A stretch of DNA of 52,683 bases, from IMG/VR virus record IMGVR_UViG_3300034008_000022, positions 1 to 52,683 of that record; one strand, written 5' to 3'. The DNA comes from a virus. Lineage: Duplodnaviria > Caudoviricetes. The translations under genes and the position numbers were made by a program. Below, one piece after another: positions 44,661-52,683 of this stretch. The notes under the pieces are model-generated. The model did no database searches, was not told where the DNA came from, and saw only the letters and a list, made by a program, of their open reading frames with translations. Numbering within the stretch: the stretch's first letter is position 1; the number at the start of each line of letters is the position of its first letter.

Positions 44661-45217
44661 CCTACTCGCCCGGTAAGAAGGACTGCACCAGCAACGATGG
44701 GCAGCACGACTTCGCTGAGGCCATCATTGGCCGGGAGGACGCGGACGGTGTACTCAAGGACGGCATGAAGGTGATGCTGCCCTGCAAGTTCTGCCACATG
44801 GGCGCGCTCGAACAGCTCAACGAGATGGGCTACTACCTCGAGGAGACGCAGCGCGCGTTCACTCGGCTGTTCGCCCATCGGTCGGTGGCGCTGTACCACT
44901 GGGCACCATCGGCCAGGCGCAAGCAGATCAACAGGTACGGGCTGCGACCAGGGCAGCGACCCACCACGCATGCGGGTACCAACTGGCGCGCCACCTGGGT
45001 GTGCTTCGCTGACACCCCATCATGGGCGTGGGCACTGTCCGGTGGGCAAGAGAGCGCCCCCGCTGGTGAGTGGGACCTGTGGCAGACATACACCGACCGC
45101 CTGACCGACGCACTGATCCTGCCCTCGATCGAAGGCAACGGAGTGCACGAGGTGCGCACCGAGCACCGCGTCTACAAGAGGGACCTGTGGCTAGCAGCAG
45201 GTCGGGTCAAGCCATGA
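44657..45217 (+). CDS. Hypothetical protein, possible ADP-ribosyltransferase-like fold
   Basis: LYHW.P.....I.R.GL.P...VCFA....A...HEVR. Confidence 0.5.
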   Translation: MTYSPGKKDCTSNDGQHDFAEAIIGREDADGVLKDGMKVMLPCKFCHMGALEQLNEMGYYLEETQRAFTRLFAHRSVALYHWAPSARRKQINRYGLRPGQRPTTHAGTNWRATWVCFADTPSWAWALSGGQESAPAGEWDLWQTYTDRLTDALILPSIEGNGVHEVRTEHRVYKRDLWLAAGRVKP

Positions 45218-45348
45218 CCGCCACACTCTGCTCGTGCATCAGAGTCGAGCAGGTCGACACCGACTGGCCGCACCCCATCGCGTACGCAGACCCCGAGTGC
45301 GAGTGGCACGGCGAGCAGCCGACGCACCTGGTGCTGGGCACCGAGTAG
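45214..45348 (+). CDS. Small Cys-containing protein
   Basis: C.C...DP.C..HG; ATGA overlap. Confidence 0.55.
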   Translation: MTATLCSCIRVEQVDTDWPHPIAYADPECEWHGEQPTHLVLGTE

Positions 45349-45350
45349 CG

Positions 45351-45701
45351 ATGGCCACCCGGCACGTCACCATCAACGGGCGACGGGTCATCGACCCGCG
45401 ACAGACCCGGGCGTGGCGGCGACTGCGCGACCAGGTTGTGAGCGAGGAGCCCACGTGCCGGCTCGGGTTCCCTGGCATCTGCACCACAGTCAGCACCACT
45501 GCCGACCACGTCAGGCCCGTGGTCACGCACCCCGAGCTCGCACTCGAGCGCAGCAACTGCCGCGGTGCCTGCAAGTCGTGCAACGAGGCGCGGCGCACTG
45601 TGCCTGATGAGTCGCTGAGGCTCGGGGGCAATGTGACGACGCTGACGACCACGAGGGCATGGCGGGTGGGGGGAGTCCCCTCCCCGGGCCCGGCTGACTA
45701 G
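45351..45701 (+). CDS. Terminase-associated HNH endonuclease
   Basis: W..LR..V..EEP.C...C....DH..P...N....C..CN. Confidence 0.88.
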   Translation: MATRHVTINGRRVIDPRQTRAWRRLRDQVVSEEPTCRLGFPGICTTVSTTADHVRPVVTHPELALERSNCRGACKSCNEARRTVPDESLRLGGNVTTLTTTRAWRVGGVPSPGPAD

Positions 45702-45819
45702 CGGCGAGCAAGCTCGCCGCCATATCCCCCCGAGCATCGATCCGGCGCTCATCACTGTCCGTCGAGTCCGGATGTCAAGCGCTCCGGGCCAGTTTCCTCG
45801 ACGGATCTCGGAGGCGGCG

Positions 45820-46410
45820 ATGGCTTCCTGCAAGGCGTGCGCTGCGGGTCGCCTGTGCCTCAAGCACTCGGCTGGCGTGGTGACCTCGAGCCTCGGTTCG
45901 ACGCTCAAGCCCGGGGAGTCCATCACCGTCACGAGCTCGAATCAGCCCGGCGAGTCGGTGACAGTCTCCGCTCCTGAGGACGACTCGCACCCTGGCGGTC
46001 TCCACCCGCGCGGCCGCTCGCTATGGGCCGCGCTCGGCCAGTCGCTCGACACCCCCGCTGGCCAGCTGGCGCTCGAGGCGTGCCGAACTGCGGACCGTCT
46101 CGACGAGCTCGACTCGGTCATCGCCGGCAAGGGCGTGCTGAACTTGCTGCAGTTCCGGACCCGGGACCGCTCATGGTGGGACTCCGATGGTGACGAGCAC
46201 GTGCACATCGAGGTCGGCTTCCAGAGCGTGCTGGCCGAGGCGCGCCAGCAGCAGATGGCGTTCAAGGCGCTGTTGACCGAACTGGGCCTAGATGTCGTAA
46301 AGGCCGGGCCTGAGAAGAAGGGCACGGCACTCGATGAGCTTGCGAAGCGGCGGACTGGTCGGGCACCAGGCCCCGCGAGTGCGCGTCGCGCCGCGAAGCC
46401 GAGCGACTGA
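45820..46410 (+). CDS. terS: Terminase small subunit
   Basis: G..LW, EACRTADRLD.L, EARQQ, LDEL.KRR; GGAGG SD. Confidence 0.8.
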   Translation: MASCKACAAGRLCLKHSAGVVTSSLGSTLKPGESITVTSSNQPGESVTVSAPEDDSHPGGLHPRGRSLWAALGQSLDTPAGQLALEACRTADRLDELDSVIAGKGVLNLLQFRTRDRSWWDSDGDEHVHIEVGFQSVLAEARQQQMAFKALLTELGLDVVKAGPEKKGTALDELAKRRTGRAPGPASARRAAKPSD

Positions 46411-47788
46411 CGGGGATGACGCTGCCTTCCTGTCGAACGCCTACGGTCTGACCCCAGACGAATGGCAAACCCTAGTCGTCGACGACTGGCTGGCCACCCG
46501 CAGGGACGGCAAGTGGGCGAGCTCGCGCTGCGGCCTGAGTGTCCCTCGGCAGAACGGCAAGAACGGCGCGCTCGAGGTGGTCGAGCTCTACAAGATGGTC
46601 ATGCTCGGCCGCCGGATCCTGCACACCGCGCACGAGGTGAAGACCGCTCGCAAGGCCTTCTTGCGTCTCACTAGCTTCTTCGAGAACGAGCGAAAGTACC
46701 CCGAGCTGGCCGCGCTGGTCGCCGACATCCGCCGCACCAACGGCCAAGAGGCGATCGTGCTCGCCAACGGTGGTTCGTGCGAGTTCATAGCCCGGTCGAA
46801 GGGCTCGGGGCGCGGCTTTACGGTGGACGACCTGGTGCTCGACGAGGCGCAAGAGTTGGACGACTTCGCGTACGCCGCGCTGCTCCCGACGATCTCGGCA
46901 GCACCGTCCGGCAACCCGCAGCAGATCGTGACGGGGACACCACCGGGCAGTCGCGACAACGGCGAGGTCTTCACGCGGCTGCGCGACGACGCGCTGAGCG
47001 GGAAGTCGACGCGCACCTCGTGGCTCGAGTGGTCGGCCGACGTGACGCCGGACCTTGATGACCGTGGACAGTGGGCCAAGTCGAATCCTGCACTCGGCGT
47101 GCGGCTCGACCTGGAGACGGTGGCCGACGAGCGCGCCGCGATGGACGACGCGACGTTCGCCCGAGAGCGGCTCGGCATGTGGGCGCCGGCGCGGCGTTCG
47201 TCGGCGGTCGTCCCGGCCAATGTGTGGAACGACCTCAAGGCGAGCGACCCGCCGGCGCAGGACGTCCCGCCGAGCGCGCTGGCTGCGGACATGTCGCACG
47301 GCCGAGTGGTCGCCATCGCCGGCTGCTGGCTCGACGAGGACCGCCCGTACGTGGAGCTCCTCGCACTGGATGCCGTCGATGACACCACGGATGCAGTGAG
47401 CTGGCTCGCGAAGCGTGCTGGCCGCCGGATCCCGGTGGTCATCGACGCTGACAGCCCGGCCGCCTCGATGGTCCCGGAGCTGAAGGCGCTCAAAGTGAAG
47501 GTGATCGTCGCCGCCGTCCCGGACGTCGGGAAGGCGTGCGGGGGCTGGCTTGATGACGTGCTCGAGCGGCGTCTGACCCACGCTGGGCAGTCCCAGGTCG
47601 ATGACGCCCTGGCGATGGCTAAGAAGCGCCTGGTCGGCAACGCCGGCCGGTGGGTGTGGGACGGATCAGACCCGACGAAGAACGTGGCCCCACTGCGGGC
47701 GGTGACCCTGGCGCGGTACGGCGCGGTCGTGACCAAGAAGAGAGCGCGGTCCAGCGCCAACAGCGGGAAGGTCGTGGTGCTCTCGTGA
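46334..47788 (+). CDS. terL: Terminase large subunit
   Basis: PRQNGKN Walker A, LVLDEAQ Walker B, GTP, NPALG, F.RERLG. Confidence 0.95.
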   Translation: MSLRSGGLVGHQAPRVRVAPRSRATDGDDAAFLSNAYGLTPDEWQTLVVDDWLATRRDGKWASSRCGLSVPRQNGKNGALEVVELYKMVMLGRRILHTAHEVKTARKAFLRLTSFFENERKYPELAALVADIRRTNGQEAIVLANGGSCEFIARSKGSGRGFTVDDLVLDEAQELDDFAYAALLPTISAAPSGNPQQIVTGTPPGSRDNGEVFTRLRDDALSGKSTRTSWLEWSADVTPDLDDRGQWAKSNPALGVRLDLETVADERAAMDDATFARERLGMWAPARRSSAVVPANVWNDLKASDPPAQDVPPSALAADMSHGRVVAIAGCWLDEDRPYVELLALDAVDDTTDAVSWLAKRAGRRIPVVIDADSPAASMVPELKALKVKVIVAAVPDVGKACGGWLDDVLERRLTHAGQSQVDDALAMAKKRLVGNAGRWVWDGSDPTKNVAPLRAVTLARYGAVVTKKRARSSANSGKVVVLS

Positions 47789-49152
47789 CCGTGCTTCCCC
47801 TCGAGGCACCTGCCTTCCTCACGCTGCAGAACCTCTCGGACGACGAGGAGCAGCGCCGGCTGCGGTTGATCTCGCAGTTGCGCCGCGCTCAGCTGGCGAA
47901 TCAGCGTCAAGAGTCGTTCTACGAGGGATCACGCAAGGTCCGTGACCTCGGCATCGCGATCCCTCCGCACCTCCGCGACGTGGAGGCGGTCGCGGCCGCT
48001 CCGGAGATCGTCGTCGACGTGATCGACGAGCGGATGGACTGGCGCGGATGGTCTGCCGACACTGACCTCGATCTGACCGCCGTGTACGACGAGAACCATC
48101 TGGCCATCGAGGTCGGCCAGGCGACGCTCGACGCGCTGATCTGCGGGCTCTCCTACCTGAGCGTCGGGACAGGTGACGATGACGAGCCGGACGTCTTGGT
48201 GAAGGCCGAGTCTCCGTCGCGGATGACGGCCACCTGGGACCCGCGCCTGCGCCGCGCCAGTGAGGCGATGGCCGAGCTGTACGACGAGCGTGGTCGCCTC
48301 TACGGATGGCGGACCTACGTACCGGGTGAGACGACCACCGTCGAGCGGCGCAACGGCCGCCTGTTGGTGACCGACCGCGACGATCACGGTCGTGACCGCA
48401 TCCCTGTCGCTGTGCTGCTCAACCGTCCCAGGGCGTCGCGAACGACGGGCCGCTCCGAGATCACTCGGGCCGTCCGGTCGCTGACCGAGTCGATGATGCG
48501 GACGCTGCTCGGCATGGAAGTCGCCCGAGAGTTCTACGGGGCACCACAGCGCTACCTGATGGGTGCCGACGAGTCGATGTTCGTCGACGAGAACGGCAAG
48601 CGGGTCAGCCAGTGGACGGCGATGATCGGGCGAATCCTGATGGCTCCGCGCGACGAGAACGACCAACTTCCCACCGCCGGTGAGTTCAACCAGTCGTCGC
48701 CGGTGCCGTTCACCGAGCTGCTCAAGACCTACTCGCAGATGATCTCGGCGGCCACCGGCATCCCCGCGACGCACCTCGGCTTCACGACTGACAACCCGGC
48801 CTCAGCAGACGCAATCCAGCGGGCCGACATGCGCCTGGACAAGCGCGCTGTCCGCCGGCAGAACCAGTACGACCTCGGCCTGGTCGAGCTCGGCAACCTG
48901 TCTGTGCTCTGGCGTGACGGCGAGCTCCCCAAGCCGCAGTCGGTCAAGTCGCTGTGGGTGGACCCTGGCGCTCCAAGCCCGGCCGCCCGCGCGGACCGCG
49001 CGGTCAAGATGATCTCCGCCAAGGTCCTGGACCCGACGTGGGACTTCACGCTCGAGCAGTTCGGCCTCTCCGATGACGAGATCAAGCGCGTCAAGGACGA
49101 GCGGGCACGGAAGCCGCTTGCACCTGCCGCACCCGTGCCGACCGGCCCCTGA
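47785..49152 (+). CDS. Portal protein (SPP1 gp6-like)
   Basis: YEG......LGI.IP, GRSEI, EFY.APQR, NPASADAI. Confidence 0.92.
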   Translation: MTVLPLEAPAFLTLQNLSDDEEQRRLRLISQLRRAQLANQRQESFYEGSRKVRDLGIAIPPHLRDVEAVAAAPEIVVDVIDERMDWRGWSADTDLDLTAVYDENHLAIEVGQATLDALICGLSYLSVGTGDDDEPDVLVKAESPSRMTATWDPRLRRASEAMAELYDERGRLYGWRTYVPGETTTVERRNGRLLVTDRDDHGRDRIPVAVLLNRPRASRTTGRSEITRAVRSLTESMMRTLLGMEVAREFYGAPQRYLMGADESMFVDENGKRVSQWTAMIGRILMAPRDENDQLPTAGEFNQSSPVPFTELLKTYSQMISAATGIPATHLGFTTDNPASADAIQRADMRLDKRAVRRQNQYDLGLVELGNLSVLWRDGELPKPQSVKSLWVDPGAPSPAARADRAVKMISAKVLDPTWDFTLEQFGLSDDEIKRVKDERARKPLAPAAPVPTGP

Positions 49153-49237
49153 CCCTCCACAGATCTTCCCGACGACGCGAGGTTGTCGGGCTGGCAGCGA
49201 TCCCGCGATGGGTGAGCGCCGACCGAAAGGGAACCCC

Positions 49238-49906
49238 GTGAAGCGAACCACCCTCACCGCCCAGCAGGCCGTGTGGCTCTCCGAGGTGTTCGACCGCAAC
49301 CGGCGCCTCTACGGAGGGTTTCGCATGGAGGACGCGCCGGCCGACAAGGGCGCGGGTGACGGCTCCGACAAGCCCGATGCCGACAAGGCCTCGGGTCAGG
49401 ACGGCGACAAGCCGGGCGGCGATCAGGCGCTCGGTGAAGGCGGCAAGAAGGCCCTCGATGCGGAGCGCGACGCTCGCAAGGTGGCCGAGGACCAGGTGAA
49501 GGCGCTCAAGGGCGAGTTCGACGGGTTCAAGTCGGCGCTCACCGAGGCGCTGGGGATCAAGACGAAGGACGGCGACGGACAGCAGGACGCCCTGACCGCC
49601 GTGCAGCAGCAGCTCGCGGCGATCCAGCGCGAGTCAGCGGTGCTCAAGCTCGCGAACGAGCACAAGATCACCGACAGCAGCGACATGGAGATCCTCGCGA
49701 CCGCGAAGGACGCGGACTCCATGAAGAAGTTGGCCGAGCGACTCGCGCCAAAGGAGCAGGAGCAGGACCGCGACGCGAGGTCGCGGCGCCCCAAGCCGGA
49801 CAGCGCCCAGGGCGGTACCGGCAAGAACGGCCGAACCGGCGGCGGAAGCGTCGCGCAGGTCATGGCCGACCGTGCCGCCGCTCGCGCGGCAAAGAACCCA
49901 GCCTGA
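49238..49906 (+). CDS. Capsid scaffolding protein
   Basis: LGEGGKKAL.AER, charged helical body, PD.AQG; alternative start 49325. Confidence 0.85.
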   Translation: MKRTTLTAQQAVWLSEVFDRNRRLYGGFRMEDAPADKGAGDGSDKPDADKASGQDGDKPGGDQALGEGGKKALDAERDARKVAEDQVKALKGEFDGFKSALTEALGIKTKDGDGQQDALTAVQQQLAAIQRESAVLKLANEHKITDSSDMEILATAKDADSMKKLAERLAPKEQEQDRDARSRRPKPDSAQGGTGKNGRTGGGSVAQVMADRAAARAAKNPA

Positions 49907-49934
49907 ATCCCACCCGTCCCGAAAGGACACCACC

Positions 49935-50300
49935 ATGCCTGGTCTCAAGACCACCACGTACGGCACCGGTGACTACTCCTGGATGCTCAACACCGATGGC
50001 CTCGACGAGGCTGTCACTGGTGTCCTGGACGTCAGCACCTTCACTGCCGGCACGCACTTCCCGAACGGATACTTCCCGTCCGGCCTCCCGGTCCGCGTCG
50101 ACGACCGCGACGTGATCCGTCCCTGGACGGACACCGCGGGCGCTCGCCTCGGCTTCCTCAAGGGCGACTGGAAGACCGATGGCGTCGAGGACGTCAACTG
50201 TGCCGTGGTCGTCCGCGGCAACGTCAAGACCGCGAAGCTGCCGATCGCGCTCACCGTCCCCACGACTGCGCCGCAGCCGCAGTTCGCGTTCTGGAGCTGA
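49935..50300 (+). CDS. Head decoration protein
   Basis: DYSW...LD.S.F...H.PNGY.PSG; between scaffold and capsid genes. Confidence 0.75.
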   Translation: MPGLKTTTYGTGDYSWMLNTDGLDEAVTGVLDVSTFTAGTHFPNGYFPSGLPVRVDDRDVIRPWTDTAGARLGFLKGDWKTDGVEDVNCAVVVRGNVKTAKLPIALTVPTTAPQPQFAFWS

Positions 50301-50305
50301 TCATC

Positions 50306-51355
50306 ATGGCACTGTGGACTGACCTCATCGACCCCGTCGAGGCGACGGGCATCGCGCGTGACGAGCAGTACCTCATCGAGCAGCAGCGCGGCGGCACACT
50401 CGCCCGCTACCTGCCGAACGTCGTGGTCGACTCCGACCACGTCAAGTTCTACCCCGGCGTCAACGGCCTGGTCGACGCGGCCCGCTACCGCGCGTTCAAC
50501 GCCCCCCCGGAGATCGGGAAGGGTCAGGGCGCCAAGTCGTCCACCATCGACCTGCCCGCGATCTCTCGGAACGAGCCGGTCGACGAGCTGACCCAGAAGG
50601 AGCTGGCCCGCCTCTCCGACGAGCGGGTCCGCAAGAGCATCGAGTCGGCGATCCGCCGGAACGTGCAGGCCATCTCCATGCGGCAGGAGCTGGCCCGCGG
50701 CAAGGTCATCGACGCCGGCGCGCTGGTCGTGGACGAGGACAACTTCCTCATCAACGACGTGTTCGGCCGTGACGGCTCCCTGAGCGTCTCGGCGGGCACC
50801 GGCAACTGGTGGGCGGACGCGGCGGTCGACCGCCTGACCTCCCTATCCACCTGGCAGGACGTGTACGCCTCCTTCAACAACGGCTCCGCGCCCGGCCGCA
50901 TGGTGTTCGGCAGCCGGGCGGCGTTCAACGCCTACATGGCCGGCAACCAGTTCAAGACCAACGTCGGCTCGTCCTCCTCGCGCCCGCCTCTGCGTGCCGA
51001 GGTCGAGGCCTACACGAGCTCCGCCGGCCTGCCCGACCTCGAGGTCTACGAGCGCCGGGTCTCCGTCGAGGGCACACTGACGCCGGTGCTGAACGCGAAG
51101 AAGGTGTACTTCCTGCCCGAGCCGACCGACCCGAACAACGAGGACGGCTCGCTGCTCGGGGCCACCTACTGGGGGCGCACCGTCTCTGCCGGATTCGCCT
51201 CGTGGGGCATCGAGCCCGACGAGCAGCCCGGCATCGTCTGCGGCGTCTTCAAGGAGGAGCGCGTCGGCGCATCGGTGGAGGTGCAGGGCGACTCCATCGG
51301 CGAGCCGGTGCTGGCCGGCCCCAACGCCTCCATGGCGATCCAGGTGCTGGCGTGA
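50306..51355 (+). CDS. Major capsid protein (lambda gpE-like)
   Basis: 349 aa; A.YRAF.A, LP.IS, LGATYWG.T, PGIV, PVL..P. Confidence 0.9.
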   Translation: MALWTDLIDPVEATGIARDEQYLIEQQRGGTLARYLPNVVVDSDHVKFYPGVNGLVDAARYRAFNAPPEIGKGQGAKSSTIDLPAISRNEPVDELTQKELARLSDERVRKSIESAIRRNVQAISMRQELARGKVIDAGALVVDEDNFLINDVFGRDGSLSVSAGTGNWWADAAVDRLTSLSTWQDVYASFNNGSAPGRMVFGSRAAFNAYMAGNQFKTNVGSSSSRPPLRAEVEAYTSSAGLPDLEVYERRVSVEGTLTPVLNAKKVYFLPEPTDPNNEDGSLLGATYWGRTVSAGFASWGIEPDEQPGIVCGVFKEERVGASVEVQGDSIGEPVLAGPNASMAIQVLA

Positions 51356-51645
51356 CCGCCAGCGTGATGCGGTACACCGTCATCGTTCTCCACTCGGAGA
51401 CGAACCAGCCGGTGGCCCTGCTGGCGGACGAGCCGGTCCCGGACTGGGCCTCGGACCTGGTGCACGCCGACGACCTGGTGTCGGCCGGTGGCGAGGCAGA
51501 CGAGGGCTACTCGTCCATGAAGGTCGACGCCCTCAAGGCCGAGATCGCCACGCGGAACGAGGGACGCGACGAAGCCGACCAGCTCTCCGGCGAGGGCAAG
51601 AAGGCCGACCTGATCGCGGTTCTCGAAGCCGACGACGAGAAGTAG
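51352..51645 (+). CDS. Small head-associated protein with HeH/SAP-like C-terminus
   Basis: YS.MKV..LK.EI..RN....G.KADLI..LE. Confidence 0.7.
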   Translation: MTASVMRYTVIVLHSETNQPVALLADEPVPDWASDLVHADDLVSAGGEADEGYSSMKVDALKAEIATRNEGRDEADQLSGEGKKADLIAVLEADDEK

Positions 51646-51660
51646 GACGGGAGGGGCGCC

Positions 51661-52074
51661 ATGCCGGACGTCTACGCGACACATCAGGACGTTGCCGACC
51701 GCTGGCGCCCCCTCACCTCCTCCGAGAAGCCGAAGGTCATCACCCTGCTGCTCGACGCGTCCCTGCGGGTCCGGCGACGGTTCCCGACCCTTGAGGCCCG
51801 GCTGACCTCGGGTGAGCTGGACCCCCGCGAGGTCACCGCAGTGGTGGCCGGGATGGTCAAGCGGGCGATGCTGTCCGGCGGCGCCGAGGGGGTCACCCAG
51901 TACGCCAACACCGGTGGCCCGTTCACGGAGTCGCGGACCTACGCGAACCCGGCGGGCAGCCTGGAGTTCACCGCAGACGATCTTGCGGTGCTGTCCGAGA
52001 GCGGCACCTCGCGGCGGGCGTTCTCGGTGGACCTGACTCCGCAGCCTGCGGTCCCGTACCGCCGAGACTGCTGA
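51661..52074 (+). CDS. Head-to-tail adaptor
   Basis: YAT..DV..RWRPL...LL.DAS, MVKRA, GPF....Y.NP.G.L. Confidence 0.85.
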   Translation: MPDVYATHQDVADRWRPLTSSEKPKVITLLLDASLRVRRRFPTLEARLTSGELDPREVTAVVAGMVKRAMLSGGAEGVTQYANTGGPFTESRTYANPAGSLEFTADDLAVLSESGTSRRAFSVDLTPQPAVPYRRDC

Positions 52075-52391
52075 TGCCGGTCCCTCCACAGTGGCTCGTG
52101 CACAGGGCCGGGGTCGAGGTCTACGACAGCACTACGGGCGAGTTCGCCCCCGAGGTGGAGGTGCCCTGCTTCTTCCTCAAGCAGGTGACGAGCCGCTACC
52201 GCGACACCGACGGCTCCGAGTCCGTCGCTGACGCCACACTGCACCTGGATCCCGGCGACCCCATCCCCACAGGCTCGCGGGTCACGGTGAACGGCTACGG
52301 CGGCAAGGTCGTCGCCGTCACCGAGCTTGACGACGGCGGCATCACCGGCCTCGCCCACCGCGAGCTCCTACTGAGGGTGTGGCCGCTGTGA
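52074..52391 (+). CDS. Head-to-tail stopper
   Basis: Synteny; RD.DG.E.V, P.GSRVT. Confidence 0.7.
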   Translation: MPVPPQWLVHRAGVEVYDSTTGEFAPEVEVPCFFLKQVTSRYRDTDGSESVADATLHLDPGDPIPTGSRVTVNGYGGKVVAVTELDDGGITGLAHRELLLRVWPL

Positions 52392-52683
52392 GCGTTCTGA
52401 CCGTCACGCTGGACACGGGTGAGGTGCAACTGCTGGCCGTGCGTCTGGCGGCTGCTGGTGGCGCCGTGGGAGCACCTGCCGCCGCTGCAGTGCGCAAGAC
52501 AGCCAAGGCGATCGAGGCCACCATGAAGGGCAACGCCCCGAAGCTCTCTGGTGAGCTGGCAGGCTCGATCTCGACCAGCTACTCCGGTGACGGTCGCTTC
52601 GCATCCTTCAGCGCCGAGATCGGCCCGACCGCGCGGTACGGCGAGTACGTCGAGGACGGCACCTCGGTCATGTCTGGCCAGCC
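52388..52683 (+). CDS. HK97 gp10-like protein, 5' part (continues in 1..362)
   Basis: GTGA overlap; MSVLTVTLDTGEVQLLAVRL... Confidence 0.8.
   Translation, partial: MSVLTVTLDTGEVQLLAVRLAAAGGAVGAPAAAAVRKTAKAIEATMKGNAPKLSGELAGSISTSYSGDGRFASFSAEIGPTARYGEYVEDGTSVMSGQ
52407..52683. repeat. Terminal overlap, right copy
   Basis: Matches 1-277 with 12 substitutions. Confidence 0.95.

Noticed and set aside
45655-45800. cos site between HNH and terminase small subunit
   Set aside because: Position and G/C runs are suggestive, but no end can be defined from sequence alone
50306-51645. Frameshift or readthrough extension of the major capsid or tail tube protein
   Set aside because: No slippery heptamer near either stop; downstream genes have their own starts

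Overview
The window is an essentially complete, circularly permuted genome (~52.4 kb unique plus a 277-bp imperfect end overlap) of a high-GC temperate siphovirus of an actinobacterium; the host group is inferred from GC content, WhiB and gene content. Gene order: tail module, minor tail proteins including a 1273-aa protein with three glycoside-hydrolase-like domains, lysis cassette, a second structural/fibre cassette, attP (3' half of a CAT-anticodon tRNA), tyrosine integrase, repressor/excisionase switch, early genes (YqaJ/RecT, RNA ligase, two DNA methylases, beta-clamp, helicase, WhiB, DnaA-domain-IV protein, initiator and putative origin), HNH/terminase/portal/capsid. The most striking signal is in the lysis cassette. 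The CHAP+GH25 endolysin ends in a G_GGA_AAA slippery heptamer directly before its stop, followed 6 nt later by a strong hairpin. A -1 shift there fuses it to an EEP (endonuclease/exonuclease/phosphatase) domain that has no convincing start of its own, and an internal SD+ATG could give up to four products from the locus. Also notable: a 68-aa stand-alone paralog of the tape-measure C-terminus behind a pseudoknot-like leader, an antisense RHH-led three-gene cassette inside the tail operon, and a dual-coded cytosine methylase. All functional calls come from motif recognition and synteny; no database searches were run.
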